54,067 bases of DNA, filler included, from Sphacelaria rigidula (GCA_964200075.2; 3 parts of 3 records of this genome joined end to end with filler, not necessarily neighbours in it); one strand, 5' to 3'; shown: positions 11,820 through 25,258, counted from the first letter of the whole stretch. Translations and numbers: made by a program. The notes: generated by a model from the letters alone, not told the origin.

Positions 11820-13465
11820 CGAGCTGGGCCGGCCAAGGCCCTATGGCAACAGCCCACAGGCCACGCGCCGCTCAATTTTCCGAATTTTGAGGGTGAAAAT
11901 TTGACATCACAGAAACAACAGTTAGGCTTACCGCGTGACTCTTCTGACTTTCCACTTATTTTTTTATCCAAAATTCGACATTTTTTTCCTGGGGGGGGGG
12001 GGGGGGGGGGTTTTTTTTTAATCTTTTTGCTGGAGAGGGGAAAAAAAAAAAAAATCGTATAAAGAAAGGAACTGGAGCNNNNNNNNNNGATGAAGTTCGT
12101 TGGGTTTTTGTGTGCTGGGTGGGGAGGGTTGTGGGGGTGGGGGGGGGGGCTTTTTTCAAACCCCTTGCAGTAAGCGAGAAAACAAGAAAAATATGAGCCA
12201 AAGCAGGGACAGGGTAGGGCTGCCTGCGATTTTTCTGGTGCCAAAAATTCCCCCCCGAAATCCGAAAAAAATGGTGGCGCGTGCTCGTTGTAGTGTTTCC
12301 GCGTAGAGAAAGTGCTCCCGTGATCTAACGGTCAGACTGAACGTCAGGGTAAAGAGGAAGTGGGTTCAATTCCCGCCTGATCTTTTTTTCTTCACTTCCG
12401 TAAATATGATTTCCGCCGTCAAAAAAAGCGTGAGGATGTCGAGAGAGATGAGCTGATCCCTTGAGACCGCGGACGCGTCCCGAGGAAAGGAAGGGGTTTA
12501 GAGTGTAACGGAGAAAGAAAAAAGGCCGTGTGCCGGTAGAGAGTGAAAAAAAAAAACGGGCGCAGATAATATACTACGTTAAGTAGTACTGCAGGTGCCC
12601 GAATGTTCGGCAGGGAGACATTAGTGCCGGCGATTCTGCTCGGGTGGGACGATGAAATATCTTCATGTTTGCGCACCATGACGTTACCCGCTCGATCGGC
12701 GGTTTTCACATGCACGAGTCCCACAACCTCATCAGGTGTGTTGAATATTGTGCACCACACGTTGCAAGTCCTGGCTTGTCAGACCTCCTTTCGGAACAAT
12801 ATCATCGCGGGACTTTCTGGGGCCGATCCCGGGGCAACATGAGCTTTGATCCCATGTGCTTACAGACGCCGTTGACCCACACCCTGCTGCTTGCTTGGCA
12901 GCTTGAAGACTTGTCGCCTCCACGGGCTTCCCACGATGCCCTAGTTGCCAACTCAAACGCCACGAACGCAACCTCGCGTCCGCCTCCTCACAAGAGGCGA
13001 ATGGTCGCAAGGTGCAGTTGACAGGGCGTTTCTTTGGTCTTGTGTACCATAGCCTCAACGTCCACGACTTCTTCTTAGTATTATAATATATGGTAGGAAC
13101 CGAGGCCCTCTCCCATCGCTGATATCCCGGCGAGCTTGAGGCCATGGCGGCGAGCATGCGCAATGGGCCAGCGTGTGGTACGCAAACGGCACTCCCGAGC
13201 ACATGAAATCACGCCGCATCTTGAAGCACTAGTTCCGCCGCATCTTTCCACGGTTTCGCCCTGTACTTGACGCAGTACGTTCTCGGCACACGATCTTTTC
13301 TTCTTTTCCAAGGCCGTCGTGTACTCTTGAGCACACCAAGAGTTGTAGGCGCATAAACGTGGCGATTCCTCCATCACAGGGGTATGTTTACTTTGCGATA
13401 ACTCGCCGCGGTTCTTGAGGTATGTTCGGTGGAAGGAATGTCACTTTTGCGACCGGCCCAGCTTG
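11820..13465. mobile_element. TA-flanked non-autonomous DNA transposon, family member 2 (contains a 10-N gap and a nested SINE)
   Basis: TA|CGAGCTGGGCCGG ... CCGGCCCAGCTTG|TA. Confidence 0.75.
12314..12557 (+). mobile_element. tRNA-derived SINE-like element (family B) nested in the MITE
   Basis: GCTCCCGTGATCTAACGG (A-box-like) and GGTTCAATTCC (B-box) at tRNA-like spacing, followed by a body ending in an A-run at ~12546-12557. Confidence 0.5.
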
Positions 13466-16387
13466 TACTACAGCGTGCGCAGAACGCATTTCAGTCTATT
13501 TTGACGCCGATTTGAGGTCTACCACCGCCACATTTTGCCTAGGGAACAATTTGCACCCCCCTCGTCCATGAGTTCTTGGTACGCCTTGTGTTAGGTTTAG
13601 GGTAAGGGTTAGGGTTCAGGGTTAGAGTAGCGCTAGTTCGAGATAACATATTTCCGGGAGATTTCATGTCCGACCAAGTGGTAAACTCATCTTCCCTGGA
13701 TCGGCACCCGGGTCGGGATTTACCTTTTTGCTCAAATTGACCGCAGTCCATCATGATCCACATGCGAGGGGGTCGAAATCAAAGGGTTACAAGGAAGCGG
13801 AAGCATGTGGAGCACAATGCACATCAGTTCAAATCGGTTCGCTTTCTTGAACCTTGCACCACAACACCCCCAGAAACCGCACAGACGAGAGATATATGGT
13901 TGAAAATATCAAATGCGGCTTTGCGCGGGCGAAAATGTTCAAACATTGAAACATTTGCCCGCACATAACGATGTCAAGGTGAGTCTCGGGTAAAATAATG
14001 GAGATGTAAAAGTTTGACTTTATACTACAACTCAACATCGAATGCCACGGACTTTTCAATTTTCCCGGAATTGGTGGGCTGGCGAGCGGAGGACAGGTCA
14101 TGAGGGTCACGCGGCTCCTTTCTTCTAGGATCGCTCGGGCTGCAAGGTTCTGCTGCACCGCACTGCACTGTGATTGGTCAATGTTGTCCTACTCTTTGTG
14201 GAGGCGCCTCGCAGACCTGGATACTGGGCATTCGCCGACGTCGCTACTGAATAATGGTCAGTATACAGACAACGGGAGAGTGTAGTGCTTACTTACCCCC
14301 ATGTGTGTGTCTGTGTTGTCATCCCATTACCCCCATGTCATTCTTTATCTACGGTCATCTCGTCTACACGCCCTTGATGCATAGCGGAAGAATCGGCGAC
14401 ATGCAAACTAAGATACGGGCTGCCTCTAGGAATATAGGCTGTACTTCAACACAGACGGAGGTGCTGTGCTACACCATCGCCATTTGGCGCACCTAATCGA
14501 GGTGACGGAGCGCAATGAGCACCGAAGTCAAAGGGCAGAACATGTCTAGCCCTTACTTGATGGTGCAGGTCGGAGATACGGGTGTCCATCCGTTGAATCG
14601 GCATCACTTTGACTTGAAAAATTAATACGATACACGGGTGTCATCTGCGCGCTCTCTGAACCGGTTTTGCTCGGGCTCATTTGAGATTTTGATGCGTATG
14701 GCCTTCTAGTACTCAAGTAATATTTTCAGAAGATATAACAATGTAGCGAACAGGAACAATACTGCATCAACACCTCCCAAGGAAACGAAGGTGACCAGGC
14801 CTAGTGTAAATGATCATACTTTGATCATCGTCCCGGTGCACCTCGTTCCGAGATTGCTCGGCTACGACTAGAGTTGCCGGCCACTGAAGACACATTGTTT
14901 GGGCCTCGAGATTTACCGAAGGGAGGGACGACCCATACCAACCCACACGAATGATGCTCAAAAAGTTCAAAGTTATCCGTTTCTGAGAGGGATAACACGC
15001 TAACGCACAACGCGTGCTGCTAGGGGGGTTGCTGTCCATCGGAGATCCACTCTGCATGGCTGTTGAAAGCACAAGTTAAGCGGTACACAAACCAAGCAAA
15101 CCCGCACTAGTCAGTTCGGGCAGTCTGTGAAGTAAGAGTATAGTCTAGTAAACGAAACTAGCACCTCCTCGTCTGTATCATACTCTTGGTTACCCCCGGT
15201 TTTTCGTGATAACAAATATCGGCAAAACGCCAGCTAGTCGAAGGAAACATAATACATGATGACATGAGGTTACAACAATCGGATATTACGCTCATTCACC
15301 TTATATGTTGGATGTCCGTGCTTCGCTTTTCCAAATAACGTAATCCCACGAAGGCCCACACCCTCTGCCAGCAAACCCCGATGTTGCAATAGCTTGGCGG
15401 TTCCCTAGCGCTGCGCTGGCTGGTTCCTCTCTTGATTAAAATCTTGTTCCATTATTTGCAAGATATCTGGTCATTTCCTACTTCCGTCGGGGTATGTTTT
15501 ATTTTTCCCTGTGTTACCAACTCTTAGTTTCCAGCATAGAAAGGAGGAGAATAATGTAGTTTATTCAAATAAATTATAATACTATCCAAGGAGTAATACG
15601 CTGGAGTTTCCTTTGATGCTGACCTAAGTTGCGTTTGGAAATCTTCCATCGCTGTACCTCATACTGCAGATCTGAATGTTAGACCTAATATGAGCATTGC
15701 AAAGGACGGGTGAAGATGTGTCGAGATTCCACCGAGAGGAGAGCGCTGTGGAGAGCATGAATCCGCCAGGCGGGAATATCAGCCAAACCGTTCCCTGGGA
15801 AGAACTTGACAAGCCTAAATTGTGAGAATCTTGTTGCTCTAGAGCTGCATCTGCCGTTACTGACGATAGATAGTAGTGGCCAAGGTACATACGTGGCACC
15901 CGCTTAGCGAGAGCGCTGCTTCGTATATTGTAGAGCGCTCTGGCGCGCCGTGCCGGTGCATTTCTAGCCATGCTTGCAATGAGTGTGGTAATTTTTAGGG
16001 TGGGTAGTAGAGGTAATCGTAATTAGCGGGAGGAAGCCACACCTCGAAATCACAATATCGATTTCCAACAACCCATCCGTGTTCTGCTGCCACTACAGTA
16101 CTGCTACTACAGTACTTTGTAACTGCCAAAATATTGCAACACCACTACAGTACTGTACTGTACTGTACTGATTGTTTTCGAAATACGGTACTGATTGTAC
16201 CACCTTGGTACCACAGTGTACTGCAGTACCACTGAATGTGCTGCACGCCATCTGGCTGACGGCATCAGCGATGCAACTATTGGGACACGCAGGGTTACAT
16301 AGTTCCATCCCAAGGGGTATGGTGGCGCAACTGTTTATTCATAATTACAGACGGTACTTGCAGCCCCAAGAAAACCGAGATATAGTA

Positions 16388-17589
16388 CGAGCTGGGCCAG
16401 CCTAGACACGGATTTAAGCTCTCAAAGCAAGATCTCGTCGACACGGACGAGTTGGGCCATGATCCGCATGTTGTAGTAATCGTCTAACCAAGGGGAAGGT
16501 GCCCATCTGCTCAAAATTTTGGGCTATGTTTTCTCGTTGAATAAACCCCGTGTCTAGTAATTCCTATCCCTAAGGGAGATAGCGTCCGTACTAAAATCTA
16601 TATGAAACCCCCGATCGATGCATTCAGCGGACGACGAATTTTGGTGTGGACGTTCTCTGGAGCACGGGGAGACGATGCTACAGTATAGATACCCTCACCT
16701 TCACCTAATTCGTAATCTATCCCGACATCTGGCGCACATAAGTTTCCATACTAAAATCAGTATATTACGAGCAGATGCGCTAGATTAGCTGAACCTGGAT
16801 ATCGCGTCTCAGTTTTTGAGAGTTATGCTATAAAATTTCGTATGGAGAACCGCTAGTGCATAACAAAGCTTATAAACACAGCTTTTACGATTGTTTCGGG
16901 TTTTTGGGGCAGTTTTGAGGAGAAATGAACACTGCTTTTGGGCCTTATCTCATTTTTTTAGCTCACATTTTAGCATTGTAATTTGAAACTCAGCATGGAG
17001 GACCAGAGGGGTATGCAAAAAATAAAAATAAAATGGGCCTTCATTTTTTTTAGAGAGGTTCGGGCGTTCTTGTGAAAAAATGGTCTTTACCAGACTTGAA
17101 CGCCCTAAACCAGTGAAGGAAAAAAAAAAACGATCTCACCCACTTTGTTTTGTTGATTATGCCCTAGCCACGCCCAACACAAAGTTTCAATACACAAACA
17201 CCAATCGTGGGCTGGTAAATGGCCTGCAAAATACTGCTCCGAGTTTATTCTGACCCTGTCACTGAACGGCCCATTATACGGCCAATACTTGAAGTTGGGC
17301 CCTGAAACTTGGCATGGACAATAAGCAGGGTATAATAATAAAAATTACTGGCGCACACTTGGCGCACACAAGTTTTTTTTTTTTCATGAGTTGAGGGCAA
17401 GAATCAGTTTTCAGATATCGGTAAAATGCCTCTAACTCATGGAAGAGGAAAAAAAGACTTGTGTACGCCAGTATTTTTTTTTATTATGCCCTACTTATTG
17501 TCCATACCAAATTTCAGGATCCAACTCCAAGTATTGGCCGTATAATGGGCCTGCAAACTGCAGAATCGCTTCTCGGCTGGCCCAGCTCG
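16388..17589. mobile_element. TA-flanked non-autonomous DNA transposon, family member 3
   Basis: Perfect 15-bp TIR: TA|CGAGCTGGGCCAGCC ... GGCTGGCCCAGCTCG|TA; internal inverted repeat 17268-17551. Confidence 0.88.
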
Positions 17590-17958
17590 TACTCATTCTT
17601 CAACTTCACCATTTGAAACCGCAGTCTACCTCGGTGGTGGTGCTTGGGTAGGGTATCGTGCCGTGCTGAACTGTTGTAAAGTACTGGTGCGTTGCGCTTG
17701 TATATTGCGTACTATTGCTGTATCGCATTTCCGCGGCCGTTTCACACTGCATCAGCTTACCGGTAGCATCAGCAGAGTGTACACGTATTGATACCCTTAT
17801 CCCCCGTCAAACTCCGTGGCTGAAACAGAAACAAATTTTGCTCAGGTGTGGCCGTCACATTCGGATCTTTCGGGGGTTGACAGTCCCTAGGGCACCCTAC
17901 CCACCCCCCCTAGCCTGGTCCGGCGAGAACCCGGCATGCTCCGTCCCGGCTTTGTAGG

Positions 17959-18058
17959 NNNNNNNNNNNNNNNNNNNNNNNNNNNNNNNNNNNNNNNNNN
18001 NNTTAATTAATTAANNNNNNNNNNNNNNNNNNNNNNNNNNNNNNNNNNNNNNNNNNNN
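17959..18058. other. Assembly gap with artificial TTAATTAATTAA linker
   Basis: N44-TTAATTAATTAA-N44; identical structure at 36014-36113. Confidence 0.95.
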
Positions 18059-19292
18059 CTATTTTGTTTTTCTTGTTTTTTTTTTTTCTAGCCTGTGACC
18101 ACGGAAGGCGTCCGCATCAGATGCCCAGTACGAATGTACCGCGCAGATGTCGGAACGGTTTTTAATGTGAAGACAACAACAACAAGCATACTTTTTTTTC
18201 ACTTGAAATTGATGCCGATTCAACAGAAGACTAACCTCGTGGTGTAAGGGTTAAGCTGGCCCAGCTCGCAATTCATTCGGGGTTTCGTACAGACTTCATT
18301 CCGTGCGGATCCTACAATATCTGCACGCCACAGGATTCGACATGACATTGAATTGACAAGAAATCAAATGCCCAGGCTTTAGAGCAGGTAGGCATCTTTC
18401 CCTTGATCATACGATTAATAAGATATGCTGATGACCCAATTTGTCTCCGTCGATGAGATATGGCTGTGAGACTTGACTTGCTTCGAGGTACCTTTTCGAC
18501 TGCGGGTCTGAAGTACAGTATGGACCAACCCAGGAGGGAGGACAGGGATGTACAGGCGGGTGGGGTACTGGCAGACTCCTGATGGGAGAGTCGGCCCACA
18601 TTACGCATGGCGAAAGCTTGTGGGAGCGATTGGATGTGCTCCGCGACAAGGGCTCACACGGAGCCAAGACATGCGTCTCGATGTCGACTTTTCTAAAGGA
18701 ACGCGCTTCTCTGGAAAACGTGTACGGCCAGGTGCAACCGTCGGCCGTCATTCGCAGCGAGTTTACTCACACAGATCAGCAAGACAGTAGCGTGCTGTAG
18801 CAGACACACTGCCGACATGCCTTCGTTGCTATTGTAACCTCCTGCTTCACGACGCAGTGTGCATAGCCAGCGAGTACTAAGGGAGAAGATCGCAATATGT
18901 GCTGTTCGCTTGAATTTGCATCAATGACACGATAGGCACTCATAAAGGCTTCGACCAGGGCAAGGTCCAGCCTGGCGAAGTCCGCCGTGGGAGTCGGAGC
19001 TACGTGGGGGCAAACGGCCACTCAGGAAGTAGTAAATTGGGCGCCTTCGCTTGTGAAGAGGGGTTTGGATGGAGTGATAGCAGCAGTCAGCAGCTGGGGA
19101 AAGCAGCATGTCGGGTGGGCGCTTTGCATCGATCAAAACATATCCAAGGTACCTACTTGTAGCAAAAACAATATTTAAATACAATACCCTTGTAGGAGTA
19201 GGCACCGAGTTCGTGGGTACGATTCGTCATGAAATAATTAAACTCAAATCATCTTTTTTCGTTGTTGTCCATGATCTCGAACGGATTTAACC

Positions 19293-20509
19293 TAGGCTTT
19301 AGTTCCGTATGCGCGCATAAGTTTTAGCTTAATTTCGTTTTTTTGAGCTTGAATAGACCTGTTTAGCTCAAAGCTCATAGTCGACTTGACATGCTCGAAA
19401 CGAGCTCAACTTGCTTGAAACGCGCATAAACGCGCATAAAACGCGCATAAAGTTGCGATATTCTTGCTCGCAAATGTTTCATGTGGCGTAACTCGTCACC
19501 AGACAGGCCGACAGGCGTCAGGCTTCAGGCTCCAACACGCAATACTTCATTTCCCAATTTTCCATGGTTATGTTTCGTGTTCCTATTTTGTTGCGGGTCT
19601 GATGAGCAGACTGCTCCACTTTACATTTAACACACATGGTACGAGTACTATGTTGCTTTCAAAAATATGACAAGATATTAAATAAATTTTACACTTGTAC
19701 AGCAGACAGCAGACAGCAGTAGTAACAGCAGCACCACCAGAGAGAAGTGACAACGAGTGATGGCAGCGTTTGTAACTCACGAGGTCATGACGGGCCTACT
19801 GTCCGAGAAGGATTACTTTTTGGTAGCGACCTCAGGCGCGCCCTCGGAGTACGGTTTGCTGTCGTTTTGAGATGACAACAAGAACAGGCTTCCCAGTTGG
19901 TATCTCGTGGCGATGGATATTGTACTTATTCAGCCATCGTCCGCGTCTATGGAGCGAGTGCTTTCGATTTTGAGGCGGTGCTTGAACTCCCCGCAGGAGA
20001 AGGCGTTGACCGGCTCGAATCCGCAGTTATGATGAAGAACAATCCGTACCGGTAGTTCGACAAGATTTTCAATTTCGACTGACGGTAGATAATGCGGGGA
20101 GGGGTGGTGGTAGCTGGTAGCTTGTAGCTTGCCGGGCGCGAGAGGCCAAAGGCTGCAATGCCCTGTGTCTAGAGGCTACAATGCCGTACTGCTGTATCGT
20201 AAGTGTAGTTGCGTTTGTTGTTTCCGTACGTAGGTTATAGGGTGTAGGTCTGCAGGTTGTGGTCGCCAAACTCAAAAACTAAAAGCTTCATTTTTTAATT
20301 ATGAATAATCGAAAAAACTTTGAATGCCCAACTTGTCTTGTCCTCATGCTAGAAGACGCGCCTCGTGAGGGGATATACTACTGCCACAACGCCACAACAA
20401 GGACGGGAATAAGGCGCATAAAGCGCGCCTGATTTGCGCTAAAAAAGCTTATAAAAAATAAATGGCGCTTAATTTCAAGAAAAAAACGCGCATACGGAAC
20501 TAAAGCCTA
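19293..20509 (+). mobile_element. hAT-superfamily deletion derivative retaining a transposase dimerisation-domain remnant
   Basis: Perfect 23-bp TIR TAGGCTTTAGTTCCGTATGCGCG; perfect 8-bp TSD ATTTAACC (19285-19292 and 20510-20517); subterminal GCGCATAA repeats; ~19856-20010 reads LLSF*DDNKNRLPSWYLVAMDIVLIQPSSASMERVLSILRRCL. Confidence 0.92.
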
Positions 20510-22494
20510 ATTTAACCTGGGACAGTGGTACGCCCAGTTTAGTGTCACATTTTTCACCACCACCCCAAAAATGAGGACTCCACGGGATCAAAGAAGTGAA
20601 CAGAGCACGAAACGGTAATTATGTTGATACATAGCTGTAGTATATGTCTGCAGCTATGTCCTCAATGAAGTTTGACTCAATTATATCCAGTACAGCGCAC
20701 AAACCAGCGACGGATAGCCCAAAAAAAAGTTGCAACTATTTGTACAATCGAAAAAGTCATTTTCCAACAAGTCCCTCAACCACGCGATCGTCGATTACTG
20801 ACGCTGCACGGATGCATGTAAGCCGAAACTCTACAGGCAGGCACAACTATATACTGGCCGTCGTTCAAGCCCAAGATCGCATCAACGTACTGTCGGGATA
20901 GAGCAAAATATGCGGTAGATGACCTTCGCTTCACCTCGAAAATTTATTTAACAGCAGGGACCTGCGCCGCTGGAACATAGACCCGTTCATAGATGTGCGT
21001 TTTGGCTACACAGAGAAATTTGATTTGTCTCTGCACCTCCAGTATGTGTCGAGATATTGTCACCCAGGTGCGGGATGTTAGAAAATGTGGAATGTGGTGA
21101 AAAAGCGCTTCAAAACGTCGGTGGTATCCAAAATGAGCAGGCGGCAATTGCGCCGCGTTCAGGTGCTTTCAAATCGCGGACACCGTCGCCCGAATGATGC
21201 GTCGATAGCCCCCCCCCCACCCGGACCACTCCCTGTCGGGAAGAATACAGTTATACAGCGCATGATAACTGGTTTCAGATTGCAACAAGCGTGAACTGTG
21301 AGCGACACTGGCGGAAATAATGCAAGCACGGGAGTTCCGAGCTGCGCCAGAAGTCACCACTTGGGAAATCAAGGCTCAGATTTTTCAGGTTTTAAGAAGT
21401 CGATAATGACAAAGTTTGCTCAGATCAAGGCGAAAAGAAGGGCAAGAAACCGAGAGATTCAAGAGGCCCGGCGAATAAAAATTCTGTCATCGACACTGCA
21501 GCCTTGGGAAATAAGAAACTGGTGGCAGACCCATCAGCCCCTCGACGCAAGGATGCCCCACCCCCCTACTTCCCCCGCCGCCGAATACGGTACAGTAGTC
21601 AGTACATACTCTTGTACAGTACTACAATTGTTGTACAATATTTTATATATTACCTAACCTTTGAAGGCAAAAAAAGACGTTTGTTTTCGAGAATTCCATC
21701 ATTTTTTACGAGTCCGGAAAAAATAAGAAATTGGCCTTCAAGAGATTCATCATTGATTGCACGTGTGCGGAAAGTAAAAAAATGGCTCTGAGAAGTGTAC
21801 TTGGCCCGGCGATAAGAATAAGAAACGAGCCTCGCCTCAGATGAGAGCTTCTCAAGTAATGTCGCCACCTGTACTGCGCCGATGGCTTCCACCGTCTGCT
21901 ATACCGTTACTCCTCCGCATCAAAAGGGGGCGGTACTGCTGAAGGGGAACTGTGGTACGAATTGGAAGCAAGGTAGTCACATCGGCCATCCGCTGCGCTG
22001 CAAAGTGGTTTAGCTTGTAGAAGAGGAAGCTTTAAAAAGCGCGTTCGGACTTCCCTCCCCCCAGCGTTCATCACAACTCGTCACAGTAGCGATTGCCGGC
22101 GGTTCGTTTGATGTCAGACCACCGTTCATTCCAGCCACAGACTAGCGCCGATGACTGTGCAATGATAGACGCATGTAGAATTAGCAAAAGACAAACTTGG
22201 ATATCGTGGTTTGGTTCAGAGTTGGACCTACAGTCATCTTTGATACAGGCTCGTCCGGAGTTCATTAATACCTGCACTCACGCACGACCGGAGATTCGTC
22301 CAGGGGCGTCAGCACACCAACCTCAACACATTTGTGCCCCAAAGAGCGCACTGCACCATGCGAAGAACATCATTGCCATGTACACGAGGCGGAGTCTGTG
22401 ACCACCTCTTGGAGAAGACAATCTTGGATGACGCAAATGCAATAGTCCACTTTACAAACCAAAATAATATTTACAATTTGTCCATCAGGCGCAA

Positions 22495-23975
22495 TCAAAA
22501 CATGAAATAATCATAGTTATTCTCTACCTCCGTTGCCGGATCATCTGTATCCGACCCGCTGCACTCCAAATCGGAACATCTAATCCAGATGCCGGCTGCA
22601 CTTCTTGACCCGACGCTGTTGTAGTCTTCATGTCCACCGTCGCGATAATAACGACTATTCGGGGATATTTCTAGACCCCATCCCTCTCCCACCACACTCT
22701 CGCCGCCAAACCGGCGCGGCTCATCGCCGTGCCTCACGCTGACTGTTGCCCTCGACGCGTTGGTCGCTCCTCTCGCCTTGGCCCTTCCACGGTCCGCCGT
22801 GGATCCGCCCCTGCCGCGCTTCGCTGTTGATCCGTGCCTCCCACGGTTCGCCGCGGATCCGCCCCTGGCAGAAATAGATCGTTCACGTGCACCGCCATTT
22901 CTACGGTCAGCATCACCACTGGAAGTCGCCTCGGTTGCCCCAGAGGACGGCGAGGGTAGCAAGCAGCGACCCTGGCAGCCGCAGCTCAGCGTGCAGTTCC
23001 CCAGACACCTGCATTTTTTGCAGCTGTGGTCTCTTTGTGGCGCCTTTGCCGGCTTACATAAACACCTCAGGGTCCGCACGTTCCCGGACCCATCATCATA
23101 CGTGTGGCTTGATAAATAAATAATGATGTCATCCCGCGTGAGCGCCTCTGCCTCTCTGCCCTCCAGTTTTATGCCCCGCTTGTGATGAGTATTCTTCCGG
23201 GGTTCAACAACCCAATCGCGGCCGTTGAAGTCCACCGTGGGCATCTTCTTGTGAAACCTCCCTACCCAGTGTTCGAATACCGCGTCAGACTCACTCATGT
23301 GCTTAGGAAAGGCGTCCAAGTCTGGGCAGCACCGGGAAGGCATATGCCCATGTACTGTGGTGATACACAGGCGGATCTTGTTGAAATACGATCCCAAGTC
23401 CCACCCCCCCGTGGCGAAGAGAAGCCCTGGATCCGTGGCAATTTGTGCAGAAGCGTTTTCGTCCCCGGAAAAGAACATGGCGGCCGGCAGCTTCACACCC
23501 TCATCGATGTCCACTCTCAGGATGCCACCCTCTTCCATCAGTTTCGGTGCTGTTAACAGATTCGGCGTACGCAGGGCCTTCAGCACGAAATCCCACATCT
23601 TGAGGAAAGGAATCCTGGACACATATGGTAAGAAGTCGCATCCAGCCAAAAGGTAGGTCGACACAAATAGATGACGTCAATCACGTATACTGTCCGGCGG
23701 GCGGCCAAGCGCTCTCACTCCCATCCCTCAGATTCTCGGTGGAGCTGAACACCCTGTCCTCGAGGATGTACCGGCGGCCACCGTTTGCAATCGTTTAACA
23801 GTGACTTGCACTGAGTCGGAGCCCTGCGGCGTAATATACCCGGAGGACATTGCTAGCAACACCATAATCCACAGATCAGTATCGATCGAAGTCACCAGCC
23901 ACTTCTTCTAGTACTTCTTGAACTACCTCTCGGAGTGGATGATGAAGTGGACCGTGGACACCTCACCCTCACCTA
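22495..23975 (-). pseudogene. Decayed XPG/FEN1-like (PIN) nuclease plus C-terminal Cys-rich zinc finger; AcademX-like transposase remnant
   Basis: In order on the minus strand: GEGEV..H, VTSIDTDLWI, LLAGCDFLP, then CLCK..SCKKCRCLGNCTLSCGCQGRC; in-frame stops and frameshifts between 23665 and 23930. Confidence 0.65.
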
Positions 23976-24651
23976 TCCCGGGTCCAGCTGCGCTGTGGAT
24001 ACTCTGATCAGGCCCACTGCCATTACGCCACCATAGCAAAGACTAGAAGGCTCGGGAAGCGCCGCACCACGCAGACCTTGGTCCGCTGCCGCCGCTAATT
24101 CCCCGCTGCCTCTCAGTACCGCAATATACGATGGTGGAGTCTTCCGAACCGCCGCGCGGGTGCCAACACCCACCCTTGGCACCGTCGTCGGCACCGACGC
24201 AGCCCCGCTCCCGCGTCCGTCTATCACCACCGCAAGATATGCCCGCGGTGTCGGCCCTGCGAAACCTTGCCGTCGAAACCTCCGCGTGCCGCAGTTGCCA
24301 CCGTCCGCGGCGTCGCCGCTCCTCCCGCGCCCCATCTGGCTGACTCATTCGGAGTCTGTCCGTCGAGATCCACTCCCAACAACGGATGTGGTACGAGTTG
24401 GGTGGAATGGAGGCCGGAGTGATACAGTTGCTTCACCACCTGTCTGGAGGACATGAGATAAATCGATGTGTGGATGCAATATGTCAGCTGTCTCGTCGGT
24501 TTAAAATTGGGAGCGTCGGAGTCAAATACTCGTACCAAGCTCTGAAAAGCAAAACTGTAGGCCCCATTAATTCCGATCGAAATCACAACCATGATCCCAA
24601 ACATGAGCCAAGAAGTCAGATGCTGCTATCATTGTGCTTTGCAGAATCATG

Positions 24652-25258
24652 CAAAGTTGTGTCCTGTAGGGTGTGAGACTCCTTATAGAACTTGAAGAAA
24701 TATAGGGTACCGATATGAGAGTCTCACATAAATTGAAAAACTGCCGGGTACCGGTTTGAAAATCTTACAGAAATTGCAGAACTTGTCGGGTACGGTACGG
24801 GAGACTTAGAGAAAAACCGTACCGACAATGGGGTTCGTCTTCAAGAGCATACCCGCGCTCCGGGTACGGGTAAACACTAAAATTATGTACAAAACTCACA
24901 GAACTGTCGGGTAAGGGTATAGGAGGCTTACAGAACTCATGAAAACTGTCGGGCAGGGTATGAAAGTTGCACAGAAAATCGTGCCCGCAATCGGGTATCT
25001 TACCAAGAGCATACCGGCGCCTACCGATGACGGTACGGGAGGCTTGCAGAACTCACAGAACTATCGGGTAAGGGTATGGAAGTCTGAGAGAGATTACACA
25101 ACTGTCGGGTACCGATATGAAGGCCTTACAGAAGTCACAGAGCTGTCGGGTACCGGTATAAAAGTCTTACAGGAGTCACAGAACTGTACGGTACGGTAAA
25201 TACCAGGGAAAATACCCCAGTTATACAGAAAAACCGTACCCTACAAAACACGACCGTG
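24652..25258. mobile_element. MITE with internal CAGAACTGTCGGGTA sub-repeats, copy 1
   Basis: Imperfect ~20-bp TIR (CAAAGTTGTGTCCTGTAGGG / CCCTACAAAACACGACCGTG); about 500 bp colinear with 28871-29482; TSD not clear. Confidence 0.7.

Larger units (their letters stand above)
11512..13745 (+). repeat. Two diverged ~300-bp repeat units (11512-11817 and 13468-13745) with internal TTAGGG tracts, separated by an inserted MITE
   Basis: Both units contain AGCGTGCGCAGAACGC..GATTTGAGGTCT..ACAATT.GC..(TTAGGG)n..AAGTGGTAAACT; a related end motif TCGGATCTTT..GGGGTTGAC recurs at ~17861-17880. Confidence 0.65.

Noticed and set aside
11989-12152. G-quadruplex or poly-Pro ORFs around the 10-N gap (also the C-run at ~35949-35971)
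   Set aside because: Homopolymer-rich contig ends next to gaps, likely low-quality sequence
12702-12737. Hammerhead ribozyme core (minus CTGATGA..GAAA)
   Set aside because: No stem II pairing between the two core motifs
18003-18014. Conserved TTAATTAATTAA element (also 36058-36069)
   Set aside because: Sits between equal N-runs; scaffolding linker
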